A DNA stretch of 64,000 nucleotides from contig JBQLZK010000001.1 of assembly GCA_052168235.1 (NCBI GenBank), positions 96,001-160,000 of the forward strand. Direction: 5' to 3'. This document shows positions 29,635 to 40,644 of this stretch, piece by piece. Source of the stretch: Thainema sp. GTDB taxonomy: Bacteria; Cyanobacteriota; Cyanobacteriia; Phormidesmidales; Phormidesmidaceae. Every line of letters begins with the position of its first letter. The stretch's first letter is position 1. The notes beneath the pieces are model-generated. The model was given only the letters and a program-made list of their open reading frames with translations. It searched no databases and was not told the origin of the DNA. Both the position numbers and the translations under genes were made by a program.

Positions 29635-31533
29635 GTGATTCATGACGACGGTATTAGTAACAAGTCGGGCAATCGTCCATTTGAGGACGTTCTGCGAGTT
29701 CGGATGTCCCGACGCAATGTATTGGTGCGCGGAGCAGCCCTATCAGCCACTGGCTTTTTAGCGGCGTTGGCCGGTAACAAAGCATTGGTTGGGCGAGCAG
29801 TTGCGGCAACCAATGCTTCTGAATCGAGTACTGTTATCGGTAGTGGGATTGGTAGTGGTACCCAAATTGCCCAGAACAGCAGCCTGATTAATTTCCCGTT
29901 TGTGCCTCCTGCTGAGAGTGCTGGTGCTGTACCGGCTATTTCGACAGATTATCAATACGAGGTGCTGATTCCCTGGGGTACCCCAATTCAGCCCGGTGGT
30001 CCGAGCTACGATGGTGAACCCAATACCCGTCCCACTGCCAATGAACAAACGGAAATGGTGGGGATTGGTCATGACGGCATGTGGTTCTTCCCGATCGACG
30101 ACAGCAACGACCACGGCATGTTAGCCATCAACCACGAATTTGGAACAAACGACCATGTTTTAGGCAAGGCAGAGCCAGATAGTTTGGCAGATGTGCGGCT
30201 TTCCCAGCATGCTCACGGCGTTGCGGTGGTGGAGATCAAGAAAGTCAACGGTAGCTGGCAAAACGTCCAGAGCAGCAATGCCCGCCGCATTCATGTCAAC
30301 ACTCCAGTCACCTTCAGTGGGCCTGCTGCTGGTAGCGATCTACTCAAGACTGCTGCAGGCAATAGTCCTCTAGGGACAGTTAACAATTGTGCTAACGGGT
30401 ACACTCCTTGGGGAACATACCTCACCTGTGAGGAGAATTTCAACGGCTACTTTGGAGCCTCCGGGGACTGGACTCCCACGCCAGCTCAAGAACGCTATGG
30501 TTTCAGCGCTGATGGGTTTGGTTACGGCTGGCATCTGTTCGACTCTCGCTTTGACCTGTCCAATCCTGATTATGTCAACGAAGAAAATCGCTTTGGCTGG
30601 GTTGTTGAGATTGATCCGATGAATGGTTCTCAAACTCCGGTGAAGCGAACCGCTCTAGGCCGATTCAAGCATGAAGGGGTCGCATTCGCTGTGGGCCGAG
30701 GTGGTCGGGCCGTCTGCTATATGGGAGACGACGAGCGCTTTGACTATATCTATAAGTTTGTGTCAGACAGCAATTGGCGCTCCATGCAGGCACGGGGTAT
30801 CAGCCCGTTGGATCGCGGCAAGCTCTATGTTGCTAAGTTTAATGACAATGGCACTGGCGACTGGCTAGAACTCACCGTTGATAATCCAGTTCTAAAAGCT
30901 CAATTCGCCGATCAGGCTGAGATACTGACCTACGCCCGACTGGCAGCAGATGCTCTGGGTGCTACGCCGATGGATCGTCCGGAGTGGACGACGCTGGCAC
31001 CGACAGGTGAAATTTACTGCACCCTGACGAATAACTCTCAACGCCAGGTCGCGGATGCCGCTAATCCTTTGGCACCCAATCCCGATGGTCACATTATCCG
31101 GTTCAAAGATAGCAATCAGCATGTCGGTACTACCTTTACCTGGGACATCTTTGTATTAGCTCAGGACACCTTTAATGATGAAGCCGGTGCCTTTGCTAGC
31201 CCTGATGGTCTCTGGGCTGACCCTGATGGCCGCCTGTTCATCGAAACCGATGGTGGGCAACCAACGGTCAACGGGGTAACGCTTAACGACCAAATGCTGG
31301 TAGCTGACACCAATACGGGTGAGATTCGGCGCATGTTTGCTGGGGTGACAGATTGCGAAATAACCGGAGTCGCAGTGACCCCCAATCGCCGCACCATGTT
31401 CATTAACATCCAGCATCCCGGTAACGGCGACCCTACAGCCACTAACTTCCCTGCGGCCCAGGGCAGTGGCCGGATTCCACGAGATTGCACCATTGTTGTC
31501 ACCAAGAAAGATGGTGGTGTGATTGGCTCCTAG
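29635..31533 (+). CDS. phoX: PhoX-family alkaline phosphatase (Tat-exported)
   Basis: SRRNVL twin-arginine; NNCANG, TPWGTYLTCEEN, GRFKHE, MDRPE, NIQHPG; GTG start after GAGGAG. Confidence 0.92.
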   Translation: MIHDDGISNKSGNRPFEDVLRVRMSRRNVLVRGAALSATGFLAALAGNKALVGRAVAATNASESSTVIGSGIGSGTQIAQNSSLINFPFVPPAESAGAVPAISTDYQYEVLIPWGTPIQPGGPSYDGEPNTRPTANEQTEMVGIGHDGMWFFPIDDSNDHGMLAINHEFGTNDHVLGKAEPDSLADVRLSQHAHGVAVVEIKKVNGSWQNVQSSNARRIHVNTPVTFSGPAAGSDLLKTAAGNSPLGTVNNCANGYTPWGTYLTCEENFNGYFGASGDWTPTPAQERYGFSADGFGYGWHLFDSRFDLSNPDYVNEENRFGWVVEIDPMNGSQTPVKRTALGRFKHEGVAFAVGRGGRAVCYMGDDERFDYIYKFVSDSNWRSMQARGISPLDRGKLYVAKFNDNGTGDWLELTVDNPVLKAQFADQAEILTYARLAADALGATPMDRPEWTTLAPTGEIYCTLTNNSQRQVADAANPLAPNPDGHIIRFKDSNQHVGTTFTWDIFVLAQDTFNDEAGAFASPDGLWADPDGRLFIETDGGQPTVNGVTLNDQMLVADTNTGEIRRMFAGVTDCEITGVAVTPNRRTMFINIQHPGNGDPTATNFPAAQGSGRIPRDCTIVVTKKDGGVIGS

Positions 31534-31561
31534 TTCCTGAATCGAGATAACTAAGTTAATC

Positions 31562-31590
31562 GCTGGGGACGATCTCAGATTGTCCCCAGC
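31562..31590 (+). terminator. Hairpin after phoX
   Basis: gctggggacgatc-tca-gattgtccccagc; no clear U tract. Confidence 0.45.
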
Positions 31591-31834
31591 TATCGGTTTA
31601 AGGCTCGTGGCATTGGACAGCATGGGGTTGAACTGCGATCGCAACTCCTGCTAAAGCCGTTCTCCTGGGTTGGAATGTCGAATATACAAGCTACGTAGAA
31701 GCTTTTTTGAGAAGAATATACATTTGGATATACACACCCATAGATAGAAGCCATCTTTTTGCTTAAGAAGTAGCTAGATCATGGGTAGCGCATGTTACGT
31801 TGCAGTCAACTGTTGTTGTGGTTGAACTGTTGAG

Positions 31835-32065
31835 ATGAAAAAGTCTATAGTTGCTGCATTCCAGCCGCTATTGGCCAAAGCTTCTAAATACGGATTGGCC
31901 TGTCTGACATTGGAGGCGGATAGCTGTCGGATTCAGCCTTGCAGTGATCTGCCAGAATGGTATCTCGTCGCTCAAGACGATCGGTGGTTGCTCGTTGTTC
32001 GAGGTATTCCGCAAATTCAATTTGGCCCTGAAGAAGCGCTGAAGTTTCTGGATCGCTTTGCCTAG
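31835..32065 (+). CDS. Small hypothetical protein, paralog A
   Basis: Shares WLLVVRGIPQIQFGPEEALKFLDRFA with the ORF at 35985. Confidence 0.75.
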   Translation: MKKSIVAAFQPLLAKASKYGLACLTLEADSCRIQPCSDLPEWYLVAQDDRWLLVVRGIPQIQFGPEEALKFLDRFA

Positions 32066-32082
32066 AAAGAGCAGGGACTCAA

Positions 32083-34227
32083 TTGAACAACCAGAGCTGC
32101 AACGACGATCAAGAATACAGCGATTTCACTTCTCTCGCTAATGACGCTTCGCTGGGGCATTTTATCGTCTGTGGCTTGGGTAGTCTGGGGCAGCACTGTA
32201 TTTTGAATTTGGATCGATTTGCCTCAGACGAGTTTGGCATTACGCTAGTCGGGGTTGATCAAGAACCTGCGGGTGATTGGGAGATTGATAACCTCTCCGA
32301 TTTGCTGGCCCAGCCTCCCATCCGGGGAGATTGCCGTCGAGAGGATATCCTTAAGCAATCTGGCATTCACCACTGCCGCGCTATTTTGCTGGTGACGAGT
32401 GATGAGAGTATTAATGTTGAAGCCGCGATCGCAGTTCGGCGACTGAATCCAACGGTGCAAATTGTCGTTCGATCATCTCGCGAAAATCTGAATCAACTAC
32501 TCGAACGGCAGCTTGGTAACTTTGTAGCCCTGGATGCGACGAAGCTACCTGCGATTACCTTTGCCTTGGCTGGTTTGGGAGGTGAAATTCTAGGCATCTT
32601 TAACAAAGGCAGCTACTGGTTTCGGGTTGTTCAGCAGCGAGTTGCTCCAACAGACTATCGCTTCGATAAATTTCCCATTCATCGGCTCCATCGCAAGCAT
32701 CATCGGCTACTGGACTTCCAACCTGCTTACCCATACGATCTATCGCTGAGAAGGGCCACGACTGGATCATCTATTTTTCATCGCTGGCTGCCGGATATGT
32801 CCGTTAATGCAGGTGATTGGGTTGCCTATGTTGAGCTGATGGAAAATAGCCCGAATTCAACGCCACAGGCACAACTGCGATCGCAGGGCATTTGGCAGCG
32901 GATTCAGAGCAGACTGCAAGATCTGATTCAAGATGATTGGCGGCAGCGGTTGGCACGCTTTTGGCAGTGGGGCCGAGAAAAGCGAATTCAACGAATGTTG
33001 GTGTTTAGCACGTTAACCGCTGTTAGCCTGTGGGTGATTGGAACGATGCTGCTGAAGCTCAGTGTCTCTGGGCTCACCTGGCAAAAGGCCATGTCGCTTG
33101 GCGTCATCTTGTTACTGGGCGGTTATGGCGACGTATTCGGTGGTTTAGACGCCGACCCAATTCCCGGTTGGATTCAGTTCGTCTGCTTACTCATTACGTT
33201 AACCAGCCTTTTAGTGGTGCTGGGAATTCTGGGTTTGATCGCTGAACAGTTGCTGAGTTCTCGATTTGAGTTCTTGCAGCGCCGCCCACCCGTGCCGAAG
33301 TCAGATCACGTTGTGGTTGTTGGATTGGGACGCGTGGGGCAGCAGATCATTCAGTTTCTGCAAACGCTTAACCAGCCTCTGGTTGTGATTACCGAGCAAA
33401 TCCCCGCATCTGATTTGTTAAGCCGAGTACCCGTTTTTTCTGGCCCTATTCTGCGCGAACTCGCTAACGTGAATTTGGCTACAGCAAAAAGCGTGATCGC
33501 TGTGACCGATGACCAAATGCTGAATTTGGAAGTTGCGCTCACAGCCGTAGAAACAGCAGACCAGGTAAAACACCCGATTCACACCATCATCCGCACCTCT
33601 GATCAAAGCTTTAGCAACAACCTCGTGGCGCTGCTGCCCAATGCTAGAGCCTTCAGCGCCTATGCTCTGTCTGCCGAAGCGTTTGCAGGTGCTGCATTTG
33701 GTGAGGATATGCTGAGCCTGTTTCCCTTGAGTGGACAAACGATTCTGGTCGCTGAATATGAGGTAACCGAGGGCGATACGTTGGTGGGTAAGCTATTGGC
33801 TCAAGTAGCTTATGGATATGGGGTTGTGCCTGTTTACTATCTGCGATCGCAAACTATCACGGGCGAAGTGGCAGAGCTGATCATGCCGTCAGACGATTGG
33901 CGACTCCATGCTGGCGATCGAGTGGTGCTGCTGTCGTCCATCAATGGGCTGCGACGGATTGAGCGCGGCGAATTGACACCGCCCCGACGCTGGCAACTCA
34001 TCGTCAAACAGCCCCTAAATCGAGAGTTCACGCTAGAAGCAGGCAACACCCTAGCCAATATCTCAGGCTGCGATTTGGAAATAGCCAGAGCCTTTATGCA
34101 GCAGTTGCCGGGAGAAATGGAGCTTGAACTCTATGATTATCAAGCCCACCGTCTGCTGCAAGAGCTACGAAAGCAAATCCCCGTCAAGCTCATGCCACTT
34201 GAAATACCTCATGAATTGCCGACCTGA
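32083..34227 (+). CDS. TrkA/RCK-domain potassium channel family protein
   Basis: Two NAD-binding RCK motifs (IVCGLGSLG, VVVGLGRVG) around TM segments with GGYGD. Confidence 0.8.
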   Translation: MNNQSCNDDQEYSDFTSLANDASLGHFIVCGLGSLGQHCILNLDRFASDEFGITLVGVDQEPAGDWEIDNLSDLLAQPPIRGDCRREDILKQSGIHHCRAILLVTSDESINVEAAIAVRRLNPTVQIVVRSSRENLNQLLERQLGNFVALDATKLPAITFALAGLGGEILGIFNKGSYWFRVVQQRVAPTDYRFDKFPIHRLHRKHHRLLDFQPAYPYDLSLRRATTGSSIFHRWLPDMSVNAGDWVAYVELMENSPNSTPQAQLRSQGIWQRIQSRLQDLIQDDWRQRLARFWQWGREKRIQRMLVFSTLTAVSLWVIGTMLLKLSVSGLTWQKAMSLGVILLLGGYGDVFGGLDADPIPGWIQFVCLLITLTSLLVVLGILGLIAEQLLSSRFEFLQRRPPVPKSDHVVVVGLGRVGQQIIQFLQTLNQPLVVITEQIPASDLLSRVPVFSGPILRELANVNLATAKSVIAVTDDQMLNLEVALTAVETADQVKHPIHTIIRTSDQSFSNNLVALLPNARAFSAYALSAEAFAGAAFGEDMLSLFPLSGQTILVAEYEVTEGDTLVGKLLAQVAYGYGVVPVYYLRSQTITGEVAELIMPSDDWRLHAGDRVVLLSSINGLRRIERGELTPPRRWQLIVKQPLNREFTLEAGNTLANISGCDLEIARAFMQQLPGEMELELYDYQAHRLLQELRKQIPVKLMPLEIPHELPT

Positions 34228-34298
34228 AATTCAGCTTCCTGCTTCCCGCTTGAAAAGCCTGATTAATAGCCGTTTCCTAAAATTCAGCTTCCTGCTTC
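34227..34298. repeat. 19-bp direct repeat duplicating the pstS 3' end
   Basis: aaattcagcttcctgcttc at 34227 and 34280. Confidence 0.8.
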
Positions 34299-35386
34299 AG
34301 CAGTTCTTCAATCGTCAGATCAAAGCGAGCCTCGCCCTCAAAGACGGTGCCCACTTTGCGGTTTTTCAAGTGCTCATGTGCGATCGCATGAGCCTCTTCC
34401 GGCAGCGCCGTGTATCCTACCACTGGAATCAGATAACGAGCGTTCGTCAGGTAATAATCTACAAATGCCTCTAGTTCAGGCTTTTGCTCCAGCGCATCGA
34501 CACTGACATAGATAAACAAAGGCCGGGTCAGCGGCTGGTACTCCCCACTGCTCACCGTTTCGTCTGATGGTGGCACTGGCCCATTGCCGTTGTCGATACT
34601 GAGCGCCTTCAAAGCCGTTTGGCTCTCTTCGTAGTAGGCATAGCCAAAATATCCCAGGCTGTTTGGATCGGTACGAACACCCCGCACCAATTCGGTATCG
34701 TCTTCGCTGGCGGTGTAATCGGTGCGGCTCGCTCCGGATTCACCCATAATGGCCTCAGTGAAGTAGTCAAACGTTCCCGAATCTTGATCTGCACCATAGA
34801 GGTTAATTGGCTCATCCGGCCAGTCTGGGCGAATCTGATTCCAGCGGCTAATCTGCCCTTCTGCTGCTGGTTCCCACAGCATCTTCAACTCATCAACGGT
34901 GATGTCCTCAGCCCAGTCGTTGTCGGGATGAACCGCAATGGTCAAGGCATCAAAGGCCACTGGCAACTCGATATATTCCACACCAGCATCCTTACAGGCA
35001 GCCATCTCATCTTTGGTAATCGGGCGAGATGCCCCGTTAATATCGGTTTCTCCCGCACAGAATTTGCGAAAGCCACCCGTCGTACCAGAGAACGCCACGT
35101 CGATTGAAGGAGCAGCCTCCGCCTTTTCAAACTGATATTCCTTCGCCACTTCATCCGAAATTGGATAGACCGTACTCGATCCATCAATTGCGATCGCAGT
35201 TGGTGATGATACCTCTGCCAATTCAGGCTGAGTAGATTCAGTTGATTCAATTGAAGCGGAACAGCCAACAGTTGTCAGCAATAAACTTAAGGCCATCACG
35301 CAGCGACGTTTCTGAAATATTGCCCATTGTGGAACCGATAATTGCGGCGTAGATGATTGGGGAGCTGGTGAAAGCATAGCCATCAT
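34277..35386 (-). CDS. pstS: Phosphate ABC transporter substrate-binding protein
   Basis: IDGSSTVYPI, SGTTGGF, DSGTFDYF, YQPLTRPLFIYV; lipobox TVGC. Confidence 0.9.
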   Translation of the reverse strand: MMAMLSPAPQSSTPQLSVPQWAIFQKRRCVMALSLLLTTVGCSASIESTESTQPELAEVSSPTAIAIDGSSTVYPISDEVAKEYQFEKAEAAPSIDVAFSGTTGGFRKFCAGETDINGASRPITKDEMAACKDAGVEYIELPVAFDALTIAVHPDNDWAEDITVDELKMLWEPAAEGQISRWNQIRPDWPDEPINLYGADQDSGTFDYFTEAIMGESGASRTDYTASEDDTELVRGVRTDPNSLGYFGYAYYEESQTALKALSIDNGNGPVPPSDETVSSGEYQPLTRPLFIYVSVDALEQKPELEAFVDYYLTNARYLIPVVGYTALPEEAHAIAHEHLKNRKVGTVFEGEARFDLTIEELLKQEAEF

Positions 35387-35495
35387 GCCTCCTGTGAAGA
35401 CACTATGTTTATCAGCAAACCAAAATTGTTTAAATTCTCAAGTCATGCAGAATACATCATGAAGCAACGACACGACATGAACTGCCATCCCTGTC

Positions 35496-35771
35496 TCACG
35501 CTTCATCAGCTTGAGACGATTCATTATCTGCAATTCCCAGTCCTTTCTTCGTGCGCTTGAGTTCTTTCCACGCCTGCTTAATCCCTTGGTACGCTTCACC
35601 CGCTGGAATTTTGCCACCCGTCTCTAAAGCACACAGATAACTAACCTGATGCGCAAACTCCTGCAGATTAATATTGAACGCCAACTGCTCAGGGCTGAAC
35701 TCACCGTAGTATTGGCTACGGGCTTGTAAGAACTCTTGTTTTCCAATCACCGGATGATTATCAGTATTCAT
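35496..35771 (-). CDS. Conserved cyanobacterial small protein
   Basis: YYGEFSPEQLAFNINLQEFA...CALETGGKI pattern recalled from cyanobacterial hypotheticals. Confidence 0.75.
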   Translation of the reverse strand: MNTDNHPVIGKQEFLQARSQYYGEFSPEQLAFNINLQEFAHQVSYLCALETGGKIPAGEAYQGIKQAWKELKRTKKGLGIADNESSQADEA

Positions 35772-35984
35772 CGCTACATCACCTCAAACGAATATATTTA
35801 AATTAGCCTAAACTTTGACTGCTCTCTCTGCGACGGAAGAGAAGATTTACAACAGCCTCGTATAGTAAGGTTGCGAGCGGACTTCATCTGTTTCGCTAAA
35901 GAGAGTGTCAGCTCTTACTGATTTGGTTAGCTAGCCGTTTATGTTTAACGTAAATTTAAACTGTTATTCTGTTTGGACAGCGCG

Positions 35985-36224
35985 ATGAAACAGGACATGG
36001 CTGCCGTCTGCCAGCAACTGTTAACTAAAGCCGCTAATTGTGGCTTAGCCTGTCTGCTCTCTGAACAAGAGGGTTGCCGGATTCAACCTAACGGTCGGGC
36101 ACCAGAGTGGTATCTGATGGCTCAGGATGAAAATTGGCTGCTCGTTGTCCGAGGTATTCCGCAAATTCAATTTGGCCCTGAAGAAGCATTGAAATTTCTC
36201 GACCGCTTTGCCAAGAGAGTTTAA
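35985..36224 (+). CDS. Small hypothetical protein, paralog B
   Basis: Homologous to 31835..32065 over its full length. Confidence 0.75.
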   Translation: MKQDMAAVCQQLLTKAANCGLACLLSEQEGCRIQPNGRAPEWYLMAQDENWLLVVRGIPQIQFGPEEALKFLDRFAKRV

Positions 36225-36625
36225 CCAGTTCCTAATCGTCTGAACAGGACTCAATATTTAAACGGCTCCGCTTTCTCAAGCACGCCATCATCTGTTGCCG
36301 CACCAACCTAGACCACTCTTTAAACTGCTGCGGGTCTAAGCGGGCAGGTTGTGTCACATGCAGAGAATCGGCTTCGACTTGATTGATCATGGCTCGTCCT
36401 CCGATCGCTTATCTACATCATTGATCTTGACAAATTTATGCCGCGAAAGAGTTTAATTGGCATTTAAGATTTGGTAGTCTTTACGTCAAATCTGCGTGTA
36501 AAAACTCAATTTCCTTTTGCGAAACGCTCGCCAAGCAAGCATTTCACAAAAAGAAATGGCGAATTTTCAAACGGACTTCATACTACGTTGAATTACGTTA
36601 GAAAGCCTTACACCAGCAAGCCAGT

Positions 36626-38188
36626 TCATTCGCACCAAGAATGGAGTGCTCGTAGCTGTGGTGTTTTCTTCATCTGGTGGGCTTCCATCCGAGTCAGGAC
36701 ATCGTCCAGAATTGTAATGGCTTCTGCGATGAATGGCCCCTTATTTAGCATGACGCATTCGGCTCGTTCCGCCATTGCCGCATCGGTCATTTCTCCACGA
36801 GAAGGTGCGCCCTTCTTCACCAAATTTTCTAGCACTTGTGTAGCCCAGATAACAGGCACATGAGCCGCTTCACAGAGCCAAAGGATTTCCTCCTGCATCT
36901 CTGCCAAGCGCTGATAACCAATTTCAACGGCGAGATCTCCCCGCGCAATCATCACCCCAAATGACCGCTTACCTGCTGCGTGAATGATCAGCTCAGGCAA
37001 GTTGCGGACTGCCACAGGAGTTTCAATCTTGGCCACAATCGCTGGATTTTTTTCTGTCCCCTGACATCGCTTATCAAGCTCTGCCTGAAGCAAATCGATA
37101 TCACCCGCATGTTGAACAAACGAATAGCCAATAATGTCAGCATGACGTGCAACAAAGTCCAGATCTTTAAAATCTTTCTCTGTCAGAGGACTTAGGGGCA
37201 AAACTGTACCCGGAAAGTTGAGCCCTTTTTCTGATTTTAATCTCTCGCCTTTGGGGCGAGCGTGGGTTACTTGAAGTAACAGCGCATCTTCGCCATCGGG
37301 TAGCGGATAGTGAAGATCCACAACGCGGGTACGAATTTTGCCATCATCAATGTAAACAGGGGTATCTACAGTGAGCTGCTCTAGAATTTTAGGCACTGTG
37401 CAGGATGTTTGGAAGTAGCTTGTCGGCGATGGAGGTGGGCTGTCAAGTTCTTGCATGATGCTGAAGTGAGGAACTGAGCGAGACAAAATCAGATAGTCTC
37501 CATGAAATAACCGTTTCTGATCCGGCGGGACGAAAACTGGGCCAGTGCGAATTTTAGGCCCAGCCAGATCCATCATGACTTTGCAGGCTCTGTCAGTTTC
37601 CAACTCGGCTCGACAGGTATGAGCAATCATACTGCCCCAAGCTGTTGCATCATCATGAGCACAGTTGATTCGCACACAACTTGCCCCTCGCACCACAATC
37701 TCTCGAACTAGGTCATAATTTGTGGCTGCCTCAGTGGGCAGAGTGACCATAATTTGAACACGGCGATGACCTAAAGGTTGACCCAGCAAGTTTGCAGCGT
37801 GGCGTTGAAGTATGCGATCGCCTTCAAAAAACGCCTCAAGGGGTGGATGAATCGCTCCTTCTCTTTCACCACAGATTACTTTGAGGGTAGCAATCACTGC
37901 ATCTAAATTGGGCATCACCCGTGCTTCAATGCGGCCCAGTGACGACAGACCCCAAGGCATCAAGGTCGTTTGGAGAGAGCGGAGGTCGTGGCGACGTAGC
38001 GCCAGATAGCGAGCTAGATTCAACGCACTTGGCAGAAATTCTGGGCGTTGAATATAAGCTCTCCATTCATTAAAGATCTCTAGTGCTTCGGTCTCAACAT
38101 CCTGGCGCAGGATTTGTAGCGTTGCCAGCAAATCGTGGGGGGGCAATGGGGATGATGGTTTGACTTGACCCTGAAGTTGATTAACCAT
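36626..38188 (-). CDS. pyk: Pyruvate kinase (variant with N-terminal extension)
   Basis: RINCAHD, DLAGPKIRTG, AKIE, IARGDLAVE, WATQVLE, ECVMLNKG. Confidence 0.9.
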   Translation of the reverse strand: MVNQLQGQVKPSSPLPPHDLLATLQILRQDVETEALEIFNEWRAYIQRPEFLPSALNLARYLALRRHDLRSLQTTLMPWGLSSLGRIEARVMPNLDAVIATLKVICGEREGAIHPPLEAFFEGDRILQRHAANLLGQPLGHRRVQIMVTLPTEAATNYDLVREIVVRGASCVRINCAHDDATAWGSMIAHTCRAELETDRACKVMMDLAGPKIRTGPVFVPPDQKRLFHGDYLILSRSVPHFSIMQELDSPPPSPTSYFQTSCTVPKILEQLTVDTPVYIDDGKIRTRVVDLHYPLPDGEDALLLQVTHARPKGERLKSEKGLNFPGTVLPLSPLTEKDFKDLDFVARHADIIGYSFVQHAGDIDLLQAELDKRCQGTEKNPAIVAKIETPVAVRNLPELIIHAAGKRSFGVMIARGDLAVEIGYQRLAEMQEEILWLCEAAHVPVIWATQVLENLVKKGAPSRGEMTDAAMAERAECVMLNKGPFIAEAITILDDVLTRMEAHQMKKTPQLRALHSWCE

Positions 38189-38323
38189 TTTGCCAACTCC
38201 TTATTAGGGCTTTTACCTTTAGTTTCAGACGAAAGCAGGAGCGCAATTGATAAATGTCAAATTTCGATACTTAATTAAGAAAAGGTAAACCCTCACTCTG
38301 CAATTTGCCACAAACAATAAGCG

Positions 38324-40078
38324 TTAATACATTTGGCATAGCTGCCCATCTTCTTCGGCCTGATCTGGCATCTTGGTAGAGATAGTCTCAGTTGGTTCTA
38401 ATTGACTGCTCTGTAACTGAACCGGCAGAAAAATTGTAAACCGTGTTCCATGCCCTACCTGGGATTCGCAGGTCATCTGTCCTTGATGCCGATCGATAGC
38501 ACGACAACTGATCGCTAGACCCAAACCCGTGCCAATATCGGCAGGTTTAGTGGTAAAAAACGGCTCAAAAATGCGTTCTCTCACATGCTCGGGAATGCCA
38601 GGGCCATTATCAGCAATTTCAACATAAATTTGTTCGTTATTATATTGCCCAGTTGTAATTTGGATCTGCTTCACTGAATCTGTAGCTTGTTCTTCTAACG
38701 CATCAACCGCATTACCGATTAAGTTGGTGAAAACCTGATAAAGCGAACCTGCATATCCTTCAATTTCAGGAATTGAGCCATAGTGGCAATTGACTTGAAT
38801 ATGATTTTTAATTCGATTTCGCAAAATCAATAACGCACCATCAATACAATCATGAACTTTCAAGAGATGCGTTTCCGATTCGTTCAATCGCGAGAAATTG
38901 CGTAAACTGAGCACAATCTGTCTTGCCCGTTCTGAACCAACTTTCATTGATGACAAGAGCTTAGGCAGATCTGATTTGATGAACTCTAAATCCAGTTCTT
39001 CTCTCGCATCTTGTATCCGGTCAGATGACGGCGAGAGTTCTGTCTCATAGATTTGAATTAGCTGAAATAGATCATTGATATAGTTTTCAGCAAAATTGAT
39101 GTTTCCATAGACGAAATTGATGGGATTATTGATTTCGTGAGCCACACCAGCGAGCATCCGGCCTAAGCTAGCCATTCTCTCACTTTCAATCAATTTTTCG
39201 GCTTGTTCCTGCCGTTGGGCATCTAATAAACGTCTAATTTGCTGAATCAACTGATTAAAGCTTGTTGCCAAATCTCCCACTTCATCAAAGCTGGCGACAG
39301 GTACATGTAGATCCAGATTATTTTCATCCCGCACTCGACGAGCAATCTGCGTCACCTGATTCAGCGGCTTTGTAATCGCGCGACTCGTCAGCCAAGCACA
39401 TAAAATTGACAAAATAATTGAAATAAAAGCGCTAGCAATAATGATATGAACTTGTGCTCTTTCAGCAGCATTTAAATTTTGCTGAGCGACCTGATAGCGC
39501 TGGGAGGCTGTTTGCACAAATGGCGCAATATCTTGAGTCAACAGATACAGTCGTCGGGACTTGGGACTTTTAACAAATTTTAGATAAGTCTGTATTGAAA
39601 CGTTTCGCTGCTCGCCTGTGCTGGAATATACCGGAAACTCGTCGATCAGGATTTCCAGTTCACGTTGATAAACGCTAAGGGTTGTGCGATGCGAGTCTAA
39701 TAGCGCTAACAATTTTGGAGAACTTACAACAGTAGCATCACCCCTAAGTTGCTGAAAAGACTGCTCGGCAACGGCTAGCCTTTGATTGATTTCCAGTTGC
39801 TGACGCTGAAACTCTTCGGGACTGCCCAGACTATTTAGCAAAATTTGTTGATGAAACGGTAGCGCAGCAATGTTTGTCTGCAAATCCCTCAAACGGCTTT
39901 CCTGCAAGCGTGTTTCGGCCAGATTTCGGATAGCTGCACGCTCATATCGATGGGAAATGGCAAAGCCAACACCCGTTCCAATCACGGTGATACTGAGGAT
40001 CAAGATATAGCCAACGCTAATCTTGTCACGAATGCACAACTGTCGCCGGAAGGTACGTATAGCTTTCTGTATAAGCAT
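38324..40078 (-). CDS. Membrane sensor histidine kinase (HAMP-HisKA-HATPase)
   Basis: Two TM segments, DEVGDLA HAMP, AHEINNP H-box, N/G1/F/G2 boxes. Confidence 0.92.
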   Translation of the reverse strand: MLIQKAIRTFRRQLCIRDKISVGYILILSITVIGTGVGFAISHRYERAAIRNLAETRLQESRLRDLQTNIAALPFHQQILLNSLGSPEEFQRQQLEINQRLAVAEQSFQQLRGDATVVSSPKLLALLDSHRTTLSVYQRELEILIDEFPVYSSTGEQRNVSIQTYLKFVKSPKSRRLYLLTQDIAPFVQTASQRYQVAQQNLNAAERAQVHIIIASAFISIILSILCAWLTSRAITKPLNQVTQIARRVRDENNLDLHVPVASFDEVGDLATSFNQLIQQIRRLLDAQRQEQAEKLIESERMASLGRMLAGVAHEINNPINFVYGNINFAENYINDLFQLIQIYETELSPSSDRIQDAREELDLEFIKSDLPKLLSSMKVGSERARQIVLSLRNFSRLNESETHLLKVHDCIDGALLILRNRIKNHIQVNCHYGSIPEIEGYAGSLYQVFTNLIGNAVDALEEQATDSVKQIQITTGQYNNEQIYVEIADNGPGIPEHVRERIFEPFFTTKPADIGTGLGLAISCRAIDRHQGQMTCESQVGHGTRFTIFLPVQLQSSQLEPTETISTKMPDQAEEDGQLCQMY

Positions 40079-40644
40079 GACTGGAAATTTATTTACTAGC
40101 CGATGATAAGTTTATCTAAGCCCCGTATTTAGTATCTCCGAATCAACGTAAAAAAGGCAACAATGCATTTCCAGATTATACGGATTTCACTGAAACGCAA
40201 TTAGGCAAATCTAAAAAATCCGGTTAGTTAAATTGAACTAATTCTTAAGGCCAAAATCATCAAAATTGATTATTGGGGTAGTTAAAATACAACTTTTATT
40301 AATGCATTCTTAACGACTTGATTAACTGCCTGATCAATTGACCGAAGTACTAGTTCCGCTCCCACATTCAATCATATTTTCAAAATTGATCAGGTGCTTT
40401 ATTTAGTAAATTCAGGCAGCAAAATATTATACGGTCAAAAAATATATAAGCCACTCAAGTCACTTTACTTAAGAAAGCGCGATCGCACTTTGGGTAGGAA
40501 GCACAGGAAGGAGAAACCAGCTGAGTCGAACGAGAACTGACGAGGCGCGAGCTACGGAGACTTTTATCCGGTAGTCAATTTTTGATTTTTGCCAGACACT
40601 GGATATACAGCTTTTCACAAATTTCATACCTGATATCACAGCTT

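Noticed and set aside
31792..31833. Short upstream ORFs before both small paralogs (also 35941-35988)
   Set aside because: They are in different relative frames with unrelated peptides; likely chance.
40480..40580. Purine-rich stretch upstream of prfB as a possible ncRNA
   Set aside because: No convincing stems or known motif found.
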